Source: Pseudomonadales bacterium (GTDB lineage: Bacteria > Pseudomonadota > Gammaproteobacteria > Pseudomonadales > GM7GCV1). Taken from it: a DNA stretch of 64,000 nt. The DNA lies in NCBI GenBank assembly GCA_965204215.1, contig CBDBDZ010000014.1:1324588-1388587 (forward strand). Direction: 5' to 3'. How positions within the stretch are numbered: the stretch's first letter is position 1; the number at the start of each line of letters is the position of its first letter. The notes under the pieces were generated by a model. That model saw only the letters and a list, made by a program, of their open reading frames with translations, did no database searches and was not told where the DNA came from. The translations under genes were made by a program, and so were the position numbers. Positions 51,401-64,000 of this stretch are shown one piece after another.

Positions 51401-54400
51401 TGGAGACGATGATACCACTGTTAATACCACATTGACTGTTGTCAGTGCTACTGCGCAGGAAAGTAACGGCGCAACCGCCTTGTATCGCATCGAGTTTGAT
51501 AGACCCATAGCAACCGATGTCGTGGTGACATATACAACTGCTGGTACTGCAGAGTCGGGAATTGATTATACTGATATAGGTACCAGCAAATTGCTGGCAA
51601 GTGGTAATACAGAGGTTGAATTGGTTATTGTACCTGTGGTTAATGATAATCTGGCAGAAGGCAATGAAACGATAGTATTGACATTAGAAACCTTTAGTGG
51701 GCAACCTTCGCAAGTCAGTATTGTTCGTGATACCAATTCAGGTAATACTGTGATTGTAGATAATCCTGATGATTCCCAGATCATTGCAAGTTTGACGGTT
51801 TCAGATAACAGTGCTGGTGAAGCCGTTGCTGATGATGAAACAGCGAACACAGGTAGTTTCAGAGTGTCCCTGGATAATCCTGCAGATGAAATAATTACGG
51901 TTAGTTATCAGATAAATTCCGACTCAAGTGCACTCAATGCATTAGATTATTCAGAACTTACCTTGTCGGCATTTATCCCTGCATTTAGCGATTTTATTGA
52001 TATTGTTATCACGCCATTGGATGATGATTTAGGTGAAGGCACTGAATCAGTGGGACTGATCTTAACTACTGCTCCCACTACAATGATATCAGGAGTGACT
52101 TTACAAATTAATGCTTCAAGTCAATCGGCAGTTTTAGATATTGTTGATGACCCTCGCGATTTACAAATTAATGTTGAAGTCGATGCGATAGATGCATCCA
52201 TTTTTGAACAGGGTACTACTTCTGGTAACTTCAGAATAAGTATTGCCAATCCACTCACTAACGATTTGGTGGTATTTTATACTTATACAGGTAATGCGTC
52301 TTTAGGCGAGGACTTTGATGCCCTTGGTACTTCTGCAACCATAGCAGGTAACGCTAGCTCGACTTTCGTTGATGTCATCATTACAGCGATAGATGATTTG
52401 ATAGCAGGCGAGGGCGATGAAACTGTGGGGCTTGAACTCACCACTGCTACTTTCCCCAATCCTTTATTTGATGTGATTGTTAGTACAGATGCAGCGGTAA
52501 TGAATGTAGTTGACAATGATATAGAAATTACATTGCGTTTGGTTTCTGATGATTCAACGGCAGACGAAAATGGCGATACAGCAGTTTTTGAAATTTCAAT
52601 TCAGGAAGGCACATTTCTGGTAGACCCATTGACTATTATTTATAGTACGGGAGGAAGTAGCGCTAATAACTTTAGTGACTATAATATTGTACCTGTTACA
52701 GCAATTATCAATGCGGGGCAAACGAATACTTTCTTAACCTTAATACCTGTGGATGACAATATAGCAGGAGAGGGTAATGAAAGCGTTCAATTGAGCTTGA
52801 CTTCGCACATGGGGGCGCCAGAAGACTTACTGGTAATTTTAAGCACTGATAGTTTGGTGGTTAATATTGAGGATAATGATACTGAACTTAGAGTCGATCT
52901 TAATATTGCACTGTCACCAGCACAAGAAGCCCCTGTTGGCGATCCAGAATTTCAGACAGGTATTTTCCAGATTCAACTGGATAGGCTGTTAGAGCAAAAC
53001 CTTACGGTTGAATTTAGCGTTAGTGGTAGTGCTCTTCAGGGACAGCGTTATAATACGTTAACCAATACTGCCAATTTAGCTAATGATAACATTGTCGTTT
53101 TGGCGGGCGACGCAACGGCTAATATTGTAATTACGCCAATAGACGATAATAGAATTGATGGCGTCCAAAATGTCATTTTAGAATTATCAACTGTTACAGG
53201 TGCGCCTTCGGCTTCAGTGTTAACCGTCACTTTGGAACGGGGCACATCGTCTATTGATATTATTGATGATGATGATGAAATTACTTTATTTATAGAGGCT
53301 ACAGATACATCGGTATCTGAAAGAGGCCAAAACACAGGAAGCTTTTTGATAGCTATTGTAGAAGATGTATTGTTATCACAAAATTTGACCGTGGCGGTAA
53401 TACCATCGTCAAATTTTGCTATCGAAGGCGAAGATTATGCAGATATTGCGGATAATGTGATTATCATCCCACCTAGTACCTTTACTGAAATTACTATTAC
53501 ACCACTAATCGATGGCATAGCAGAGGGTGATGAAACAGTCACATTAAGTTTAGCTACCATAAGTGGTGCGCCTGTGGGTGTTACTGCACAGGTTAGTGCA
53601 AGTAGTTCCAGCGACTTTGTCATCATAGAAGATGCCGACAGAGATGTTAGTATAGAAATTAATAATACAATAGCCACTGCTAATGAAAACGGAGCGCAAG
53701 GTATATTTACTATTAATTCCAGTTCGAGATTTAATGAACCAATAACCATTTTCTATAGCATTGGAGGTAGCGCAAAAAATACGCTTGATTACACCACCAT
53801 ATCTAACTCTGTAGTAATTGCTGGTAATACAACAGAACAAATTATCGTTATCAATGCATTCAGTGATGGTATTGGCGAAGGCTTTGAAACGGTGGTGCTG
53901 CAATTGACATCCACTGATAATATACCAGCTATGGTTAATCTTACACTTCAATCGACACCATCAACCATAGTGATAATGGACGATCCAGACGATGCTTTGG
54001 TGCTTGTGTCTTTACAAATGGGTGATGCAACTGCAGCAGAGGCAGATAGCAACACGGGCACCTTCTTAATTAGCCTGGATAATCCACTGGCTAATAGCCT
54101 GACTATTGCCTTTACTTTGAGCGGCAGTGCTCAAAATGGCATTGATTATGACAACATTACAGGCACAATTCTGTTACCTGCATTATCAAATAATGTATTT
54201 GTGGTTATTACTCCTATTGAAGGTGATAATCTTGCAGAAGGTGTAGAAACGGTCAGTCTGACTTTTGAATCATTTGCTGGAGTTGCCAATGGCGTCACCA
54301 TTATCAGTTCAAATCCTGCAATTTTAGTCAATATTATTGATAATCCACTGGATGCTAATGTCATGTTAACTATTGAAGCCATTGATGATTCGGCTATGGA

Positions 54401-57400
54401 AAACTTAAGTAATTCAGAGACAGGGATTATACGTTTTTCAACTAATAGGCTGTTATCGAATGACTTAACGGTATTTTATTCGTTAAGTGGTTTCAATACT
54501 GCAATAGAATCACAAGATTATGTGTCTTTATCTGATAATATTGTGATATCAGGCGCTATGGGTAGCACAGAGACTTTGTTGGTGATAACCCCTGTAGATG
54601 ATATGATAGCAGAAGGTCTTGAATCAATAGTGGTAAGTTTAGCCAGTACCAGTGAGCCAGCCACTGGAATTAGCTTAACTCTTAGCACCGATAGCGCTTT
54701 GGTTAATATTGAAGATAATGACACTGATTTGGCGATTGCAGTTATAGCTCAGGATGCAACGATTATTGAGGATAATGGGAATAGTGAATTTAATTTTACG
54801 TTAAATGATGGTGAATCATCTGCCAGTGATTTAACCATTTTTTATTCATTACTGGGAGGTGCCAGCTTATTGAATAATGACTTTCTTATTGCTCAAACTA
54901 ACTCTATTGTTCTGCCTGCGCTTAGTAACTCTTTAACGATAGCAATTACTGCACTTTCTGATAATGTTGCTGGAGAGGAGACTGAAAGTGTCAATATCAC
55001 CATTACAACGGTTAGCGGACTTCCAGCAGGAGTGACCATCAATACTGATGCTGGCAGTGATACAGTGGGAATTATTGATTCCGATATTAATGTGATAGGC
55101 ACACTGACGTTAGTTGATGGCAGCGCGGCAGAAGCCAGTACACTCAACCCTTCGGTAGGCGACCCTGCCAGTTTTGGCTTTTCTCTGGATAGAGAGTTTG
55201 CACAAGATGTCAGTCTGAGTTATGTGCTTTCAGGTACAGCAGATTTAACCGATTTTACATCATCTGCAGCTAATCCTTTTACTATTCTAGCAGGCAGTTC
55301 AGTTATAGCCCTCAATTTTGAACCCTTTAGTGATGGTATTGGTGAAGGTTTAGAAAATCTGATTTTAACTTTAGATACTTTAACGGGTGCTCCATCTTCT
55401 GTTTTCATACAGTTTAATTTACCCATTTCACAACAATTCGATATTATTGATAACCCTGTTGAATCGGAGCTTATCGTCACATCCAATGCCTTGGCAGCTA
55501 CAGTCAATGAAGCCGTAACCAATGTCGCGTTTGGCGTGCAATTGAGTAGCGCCCTTAATCAAACAATCACAGTTACTTATTCATTGGGAGGTACTGCGCA
55601 ATCACCAGATGACTATAACTCAGTGCCACTCTCGCTTCTTTTTCCTCCCAGAGTCAACACTCAAGTCCTTACACTAACATTGGTTGATGATAACCTGATT
55701 GAATTTGATGAATCCATCGAGTTAATTTTAAGTACGGTAACGGGTTCACCTGCCTCTGTTACCCGTACAGTATCTACTGACAATTCGGTCATTGTTATTG
55801 AAGATAATGATACCACTTTGACGGTTTCACTCAATTTGGCGGGTAATGATGCCAGCGCATCTGAAATAGGTACCATTGAAAATGGTAATTTTATTATTGT
55901 AGCGTCAAACCCGGCGGATTTTGACTACACCATTTTCTATTCATTATCAGGTAGCGCTTTGAATATAATGGATTACGCAACGCTGACGAACTCAGTCATC
56001 GTCAGCGTGGGTCAGGTTAACAGCACTATTGTGATTGATCCGCAAGATGATTTCATTGCAGAGGGTGATGAAACGATTGGTTTGAACCTGACAACCGTTA
56101 TTGGTGTTATTAATGGTGTTAGCGTTTTAATTTCAACGGTTGGAGATACTGTCGTCATTAGTGATGCAGACTTAAATTTAAACGTGAGTTTGCAACCGGC
56201 AATCGGTACAGGCAGTGAGGATAATGTGACAGCAGCCTATGCTATTGGTTTTGATGGTGATTTGGTTACAGTTTCCGATGTGATGGTAAGCTACACATTA
56301 AGTGGTTCAGCAGCCAATGGCTCTGATTATGTAGCAGTGTCTGGAACAACAGTGATACCAGCATTTACGAATCAATTGATATTTCCTGTTACCGTGATTG
56401 ATGATTTTGTAGGCGAAGGCACTGAAAATGTTGTCGTCACTTTACTGAATGTCAGCTCATCAAACCTGCCAGCGGAGATTGTATTGGGTATTGGTTCATC
56501 GACTTTAATTCCTGCTATCGAGATACTGGATAACGATACCATTCTCCCTCTTCAGTTATTAACATTTGACATAGATGCTCAGGAAGAAAATGAGAACTCC
56601 GGCTCTTTTAGAATACGCATAGGTAACAATGATAATACAACTCTGGCGAGTAGCTTAACCGTCGCTTATAGCGTATTTGGCAGCGCTGAAATTAATCAGG
56701 CTGACCCTGCAGAGGATGATTATGTCATAGACTTTGGCCCTGTGGTAATCCCCGCTGGTAACAATGATATATTGGTAGTCTTTACGCCTGTTGATGATGT
56801 TCGTCTGGTTGAAGGTAATGAAACTGTAGTGTTGCGATTGGTGTCGTCAGCTGGACAACCTGTAGGGGTATCGATTATTGAGAGTAGCGCCCCACAATCT
56901 ATAGCCATTACAGAAAATGATACTAATGTGATAATTCTTTTGGATGTATTAGATGGCAGTGTTTCGGAGTCAGGACCTAACAATGGTTCATTTATATTCC
57001 AGACTAATAATGGTCAAAGCCTGGTTGATGATTCCGTTATCATTTTCTATTCGGTAGCAGGCAGTGCTGATAATGGAAGCGATTATATACAGATAGGCAA
57101 CAGCGTTGTATTGCCTCGAAACTCGACATCTATTGTTCTTGCTATTGAAGTTATCAGTGGCGATAGTACGGTTGAAGGTGACGAAACCGTTGCTCTAATG
57201 CTTAACACCATTGTTACAACCGCTGCTGTTGTTATTGAAATTGATTCTGAATCTTCCGAAATTGTGATAGAGGATCAAGACGATACTATTAGTCTGGGTG
57301 TCAATACATTACAGGCTGATGCAATAGAAGGTGAAGGCTCCAATGGTATTTTCACTATTGCACTAGACGATGATTTAGTCTCTCAAGCACCGTTAATAAT

Positions 57401-60400
57401 AGCTTACAGTCTGGTCGGCGAGGCCGTTAATGGTAGTGATTATAATCCAATAGGCAATACGATTGTACTGGGTTCGGAAGAAGCTTTTGTGCAAGTATCG
57501 ATAGACGCCATAGCTGATTTTAGCGCAGAAGGTCTGGAAACAGTCAGCTTAATACTGACGACATTCAGTGGTTTCGCCCCCAACATTAATGCATCCATAA
57601 GCAGCGCTAATTCTGCTACCGTTAATATCATAGATAGTGATGCAACTGTTACCTTTTCTATTGTTGCATCCATCGTACAAGGCGATGAAAATTCATTGGG
57701 TATTAATATTCCCCAGTTTACGGTTTTTATTGCCGATAGCTTGGTGGTTGATGAAGCAACCCTGCTGGAATATAGAATTTCAGGTAGCGCTGATAATATC
57801 ATTGATTATGAATTGATTGGAACGAGCGTCGTTATTAATGCCAACAGCAATAACGCTTTGATAAGTATTCTGCCGATTAATGATAATGAAGCCGAAGGTG
57901 TAGAGAGTGTTGTTTTAACCCTGGTTACAGTTAGTGATATAGCAAGTGGTGTTAATGGTTTAATCAGCGCTACTACCGCAACAGCCAGCGTTATTATTAA
58001 TGACGATGACGATAATCTCCAGGCTTTTATTACTGCGCCTGATGCCATTGCAGAGGAATCAGGAAATACTACAGCTACCTTCAGAATCACATTAGGCGTT
58101 GACAATACAGTGAGTGATCCTGTAACTATTTCCTATTCGTTAATGGGCTCTGTGACAAATGCTCTGGATACTAACAATCTTACTTTACAACAATTAATTC
58201 CCGCGAATACCAATTTTGTAGATATAGTGGTAACAGCAGTGGATGACAGTGTTTCTGAAGGCATCGAGACCTTGCAAATACAGCTAACCTCAATTAATGG
58301 CACGCCCGAGGGTGTCACGGTTTTTGTCACTACGCAAACCGCATTGATTACTATTATTGATAATGATCTTACTGTCAACCATTTTGTCACGGTTGCTAAC
58401 AATCCTGCTTTTGAACAACCCAATAGTGCAGGGCAATTTAATCTGGTTTTAAGTAATCCATTTGAAGTGGATGTGGTTAGTCGTTTTTCATTGCTGGGTA
58501 CTGCCCGTGTTAGTGATGACTATGCCACGCTTGCAATTACACAATTAATTAATGCAGCTACAACTCAGATCGAGCTTATTATTAGTCCTGTTGCGGATAT
58601 CATTGCAGAGGGCACAGAATCTGTACAATTGTCTCTGACGACTCTGGTAGGAGTACCCAAAGGCATCAGTATTACCATTCCTGCTACTTCAAGTCTGGGT
58701 ACGATTGCTATTATTGATGATCCGAATGATAGTCCTGTATCGGTGATTATTGAAGCGGTTGATGATCTGGCAAGTGAAACGCCAGGAAACGATGCTGAGT
58801 TTACAATCGCCCTTGACAGCGGCAGGTTAATTGGTACAACCATTACAGTGACTATCAGTTTAAGTGGTTCAGCTACTAATGGAGCTGATTACAATACATT
58901 AGCTACAACTGTAGTGTTGCCATTGGAATCGTCTTCTGTGAATGTGGCTATTGCCACGATTGACGATGTTTCAGCCGAAGGACAGGAGAACATAATCATC
59001 AGCATAGGTACTGTCATTGGGGTGCCAGCTGGCGTGGTTGCTGCTCTCAATGCCAACAGTTCAACCGTTAACATTTTTATTGACGATAACGACAATATTT
59101 TGGATTTTGGGTTTGCCGCTACAGATAATGTCGCATCAGAAGTTGGTGGTGATTTTGGCATTTTCCAAATTGCTATTAGGGGGTCCGCTATTCCTCAGGA
59201 CAACCTGATATTTAGTTATATCATTGGTGGCAGCGCCAGGAACGCAGATGATTATAGCAGGATAGGAACAACAGTATTGTATCCATCTGGTAGCAGTTTT
59301 GTTAATATTAATATACAGCCGTTATCTGATAACGTGAGTGAAGGTGTTGAGTCGATATCCATCACTTTAGTTACGGTGACAGGTGCTGCAGAGGGTATTA
59401 TGATTAGCTTTGATTCTCAGACAGAAGTTGTTGCCATTAATGATGACCCGGATGATTTGAATATCACTATCGATTTTTCTGTCAGTAACCCCAATGCTTC
59501 AGAAGCTAATTTAACGACCGCTACTTATAGTATTACGATGAATCGATTGCTGAGCACTGAGTTGAGTGTTGATTACTCATTGGCAGGTAGTGCTGCAAGT
59601 GGTATTGACTACCAAAGTTTTGACAGACCTATTATTGTACCAATGGAAACCAGCCGTTTTATTCTGGTAGTAACGCCTGTTGAGGATAATCTGATTGAGG
59701 TGGACGAAACCATTGTGATACAAAACGTAACCTATAGCGGAATACCCAGAGGTGTTACTGCATTTTTCACTTCATCGGGCTTATTGTCAAGTATTGCAGA
59801 TAATGATGATCTGTTAGCGGTTACATCATTATCACTGGATTCAACCATTAGTGAAGCAGGTGCTATTGCTGGTAATTTTGCAATTACTCTCAATTCCGGT
59901 TTATCAAAAGACATTACAGTTGAATACACTTTTGCAGGTGCTGCTACAGCTAATCAGGATTTCAATGTTAACGCTACCACTGTATTAGTCAGTGCGGGAT
60001 TGACGAATGTACAGCTACCAATAGCACCTTTGGATGATAACCTTATCGAAGCAGATGAAAATGTGATATTGGATTTAGTTAGCGTATCGGGAGTAGCATC
60101 TGATGTCACTGTCACTATTTCCAGTGTCAACCCTCAACTGATTATTATTGATGACGACCAAGCGTTGACTATTACGTTTAGTGTTAATGATATAACGGCT
60201 AGTGAATCGGGAGATACTGCCAGTTTTGCAATATCGTTAAGCAACCCTGTCAACAATGATGTTACCATATACTACAGTATCGCAGGCACTGCACTTGAAG
60301 GTGTTGACTATCAGCCTATTGGCAATACGTTAGTCATTCCTTCGAGCACTACAATGGAATTAATTGTAATAGATCCCCTTGCCGATGCCTTGGGTGATGG

Positions 60401-63400
60401 TATGGAAAATGTGAGTATTAATCTTACATCGGTCACAGGAATCAGCTCTGATATATCCCTTGGTCTGGACACCAGTTCCGAGCAAATAACCATACTTGAC
60501 AGTTTAATTTCATTGAGATCGGTCACTATTGATAACCTTGTATCGGAGCTTGCGGATAATACGGCGCTGGTATCATTTATATTGGATCAATCCTTATCGA
60601 GTGTCAATCTCATTGTGTCTTACACGATTACAGGCACAGCTGTAAATGGTACCGATTACACGTTATTGCCTGGTACTATTGCGATTCCCCCATCAAGTAC
60701 TCAAGTTGATTTAATCATTGCAGGTATAGGCGATAATGATATTGAAGGCACTGAGACAATTGGTTTAATGATCACCTCCCATAATGGAGCATCCCAAGGA
60801 GCCAATATTCAGCTTGATAGCACTTTTGAATTACTAACGCTACTTGATACAACAGTACTGACATTGAACGCTGTTGCAGACGATGAACTTGCCGCTGAAA
60901 TTAATAATAATCCGGGTATTTTCAATATACAAATTGATCAGTCTCGTCTGGCACCATCGGATTTGACGGTTGTATACTCGCTGATTGGAACTGCACAAAA
61001 TGGTGTTGACTATAATTTGATTGGCACTACTCTACTATTGAGGCAAAGTGCAAATGCAACTTCTCTGGAAATTAGACCCATCACTGACAACCTTAATGAA
61101 GGCAACGAGACAATTGGTTTGCAATTGAGCAGTTTGATTGGTGCCCCAGACGGTTCCAACATTAATATTAGCACTACAGTGGCAATTATCACCATTATTG
61201 ACAGTACGATGATAGAATTGTCAGTAGTAGCTACCGACAATAGTGCTTCTGAAAATTCACTGAGCGAGGAAGGGCAGTTTAGTATTCAGGTTGACGAGGC
61301 GATACCATCAGAATTGGTGGTTATCTATACTGTTAGAGGCACAGCCAGTAATGGTGTTGACTATGAGTTACTGGATGATAGAGTCACTATTTTGGAAAAT
61401 GAACGCTCAGCCGTTATTACTGTTAATCCTATTGTTGATGACCTGGTTGAAGGTACTGAGAGTATTACTATCAGTGATTTAACGCTGGCCTCAGTACCTT
61501 TGGGAGTTAGTGCTGCGATTAGCACTGGTTCCGATTCAGCGGTGGTAGATTTGTTTGATGCTCCCGTGGCACTATCCGTTTTCAGAACCGGTGGTACTAC
61601 ACAAGCCTCTGAGTCTCCGAGAGCAAATACGTTCTTTTTTGAATTGAGCGGCGCTTTGGACAATAATTTAATTGTGACTTACAGCATCACTGGCAGTGCG
61701 TTAAATGGCATTGATTATAGACAGATACCTTATACCATTGTTATTGGTAATAGTGCACTGCAATCAGCAGAGGTTTCAATACTGCCTTTATCTGATGACA
61801 TTATTGAAGGAGCAGAGTCGGTAGTGATTACCATCTTGTCGACATCTTCGCCACAACCCTCTGGTGTGCAAATTGATTTCAGTATAACGTCAACTGAAAT
61901 AGTCATTGCAGATGAGGATGTTAATGAAACGTTGACGATTATTGCTAACTCGGCCACTATTGACGAAGATAATGGTACAGCTACATTTGAAATCAGAGCA
62001 GGTAAAATAAGTGTACTACCGCTAACGGTTGTATACACTGCTAATGGAATTGCAGGTGGAGCGACTTTAAATGCTGACTATTTGATTGATACAGGTCCCG
62101 TTGTGATACCGGCTAACAGCACACAGGCTTTCATTGTTGTGACGGCGATAAGCGATTTTAATGTGGAAGATGATGAGACTATACAGGTTTCCATTGGTGC
62201 TGTATCAGGGCAGCCAGATGGCGTTACCTACTCGCAGGTACAACAATCAGCTCAAATGGTCATTATTAACGACCTTGAATTAATCGTCTCTATTGACAGT
62301 TTTGATGCGACAGCTTCTGAGCTACCTGTCCAAAACGGCAGGTTTGTTTTAGCTATCGAAAATGGGTTGATCACAGATTTCAATACGCTTGTGACCTATA
62401 GCATTACAGGTTCAGCCAGCCCAGGTGATTATGTGTCTATTGCCAATACAGCTATCATTTTGGCAGGCACGACTTCAGTTAATGTTATTATTACACCGAT
62501 TAATGATACTTTATCAGAGGGTGTTGAATTTGTACGTATTGATTTGGTAAGTGCTGAACTCTCCAACGCAGTGCCAGTTTTAATTGGAGCAACTAATACG
62601 GCTACAATGATTATTGAAGATGGCCAGCAAGCGTTATCGATTGGACTGAATACAACGGTACCAAGTCTCAATGAAACGAGTGTGGTTAATTCTGGCAATG
62701 TTCAAGTCGTGCTCGACAACCCTGTTGCAACCGACATATTATTTAGTTACACCTTGCGAGGAACTGCTACAGCAGGGGTTGACTATCAAGCGTTATCAGG
62801 CACTGGCGCTATTCCCAGCGGCAACACTTCCATCGATTTGCTTTTTGTTCCGGTTATTAATGATTTGCTGACGGAAGGTACAGAAAGCATTGTTGTAGTA
62901 CTGACAGCGTTTACAGGGGAACCCACAGGAGTATCATTGACGGCTGCTGTTACTGAAACTTTATTAACTATCATTGATGCCGACCTCAATGTAACAATTA
63001 ACACGACAGTTAATGATTTCACTGCATCCGAACCGGCTTTAGCAAATGACACTGCATCGTTTACCCTATCCCTGAATAGAAATATCGTTAATCCCGTTAC
63101 GGTATCTCTGAGTATAGGCGGCAGCGCTCAAAATGGTACGGACTATGTGGCATTGCCTACTACATTGGTGATACCGCAGCGAACTCAAATTTTGACATTG
63201 ACTATTAATGCCTTGGATGATGTGGTCAATGAAATTAATGGGGAAAGTATCACTATTGATATTGTTACTGTGACCAATGCTCCTGATGAGGCCATTATTA
63301 CTATAGTAAATAATGATGATGCTATCAATATTCTGGATGACCCTGCAGACTCGCAACTTGTTTTTGATGTTGATATTCAAGACACTCAAATTAATGAGGT

Positions 63401-64000
63401 TGGTTCGCCTGATAGTACTTCGGTGACCTTTTCCATAAGCTCAATCTTCAGTACGACATTGACATTGTATTATTCGTTACAAGGAAACGCTGATAATGGA
63501 CTGGATTACGAGCTTATACCTACTACTGTTGTGTTCCCGGCAGGTAGTACTTCACAGTTTTTAATCATTACAAGCATTGATGACAATCTTATTGAAAACA
63601 TTCAAGAGCAGTTAATCATTAGTCTTGATACAGTAGTGGGGACTCCTGTTGGAACGGTTGTCTCTTTTGATACGGATCAGACTCTTAATATTATGAGTAA
63701 TGAAACGAGTGTCGCATTAAATTTGAGTGTTGTCGATGCGACAGCAACCGAAGATTTAATTGACAATGCGGTGTATCGTATAGCTACTGATGGGTCTATA
63801 GCATTTGATGATCCTATTTTGCTAACTTATACATTATCTGGAAGTGCGAGCAATAGTTTTGATTATTCTGCATTAATTGGCAGGTTGTTATTCCCTGCTA
63901 AAACCACTTTTACAGACATTAGCATTGTACCAATCAGTGATACTATTGGTGAAGGTGATGAAACGGTGGTACTCCAGCTGACTTCAATTGCGACTCCGCC
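28506..64000 (+). CDS. Giant Calx-beta repeat protein, main reading frame (frame 3), open to the window end (3'-partial, more than 11,800 codons)
   Basis: No stop occurs in the frame whose codon starts are divisible by 3, from 28506 onwards. I hand-translated from 28506 to about 51.4 kb and spot-checked further on. The ORF track lists no frame-3 plus-strand ORF here, as expected if ORFs without a stop are omitted. The translation gives cadherin-like modules (VNEVNDEPSF) and then roughly 90 Calx-beta domains (G.DY...F......D...EG.E....L). Confidence 0.85.
30741..47608 (+). repeat. Homogenised tandem array: ~15.85 units of 1062/1065 bp, each encoding three Calx-beta domains (~355 aa)
   Basis: The same landmark (GTGCAGACTTTGCTCC) recurs at 30859, 31924, 32989, 34054, 35119, 36181, 37243, 38305, 39367, 40429, 41494, 42559, 43624, 44686, 45748 and 46810. 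The spacings are 1065 x4, 1062 x5, 1065 x3 and 1062 x3. The units differ only at scattered cassette-like sites. Confidence 0.95.
47609..64000 (+). repeat. Divergent Calx-beta domain array (~45 domains, period ~355-400 bp), protein-level repeats only
   Basis: The D..(I/L).EG.E motif recurs at about 48687, 49050, 49415, 49795, 50150, 50552, 50918, 51298, 51655, 52035, 52410, 52770, 53155, 53525, 53878, 54238, 54612 and onward. Each is preceded by Y.(I/L).G(T/S)A..G.DY. Confidence 0.85.

Noticed and set aside
26449-64000. Calling the giant protein an RTX/T1SS adhesin (LapA/MpIBP-like) or an S-layer protein
   Set aside because: The C-terminus, where RTX repeats and secretion signals would be, and the downstream genes lie outside the window. 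The N-terminus looks like a Sec signal rather than a T1SS retention module. The secretion route and function therefore remain open.

Overview
This 64-kb window looks like chromosome from a Gammaproteobacterium of roughly 40% GC. The synteny blocks ftsK-lolA-rarA, leuS-lptE-holA and pyrC-rnt support that. The load of small repeats is reminiscent of large sulfur bacteria, but that is speculation. The window has two parts. (1) Positions 1-26.4 kb hold ordinary housekeeping genes: pgsA, ftsK, lolA, rarA, rsmD, aceA, a mocA-like gene, ycgN, a PEGA/FGE-domain envelope gene, rsmC, hemB, glnB, a yihY-family gene, leuS, lptE, holA, pyrC and rnt. Their intergenic spaces are colonised by mobile DNA. This includes an IS3-family end at the left edge, an intact IS1634-family element flanked by a 478-bp direct duplication, and at least five families of short repeats or MITEs. 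Two of the MITEs are nested insertions into the same ATTAT site of another MITE, and some repeat ends supply start or stop codons of flanking genes. (2) Positions 26.4-64.0 kb appear to be one giant plus-strand gene that runs off the window, which is why the ORF track does not show it. It starts at 26449 with a signal peptide, has a 1-nt frame break near 28532, and then stays open in frame 3 from 28506 to 64000. Together this is more than 37.5 kb and more than 12,500 codons. Its architecture is a signal peptide, a unique region, a Big_1-like Ig domain, two copies of a ~1.48-kb lectin-like plus cadherin-like module, about 15.85 near-identical tandem units of 1062/1065 bp (three Calx-beta domains each, 30741-47608), and then about 45 divergent Calx-beta domains. 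All calls come from reading and translating the sequence by eye; no database search or HMM was run.
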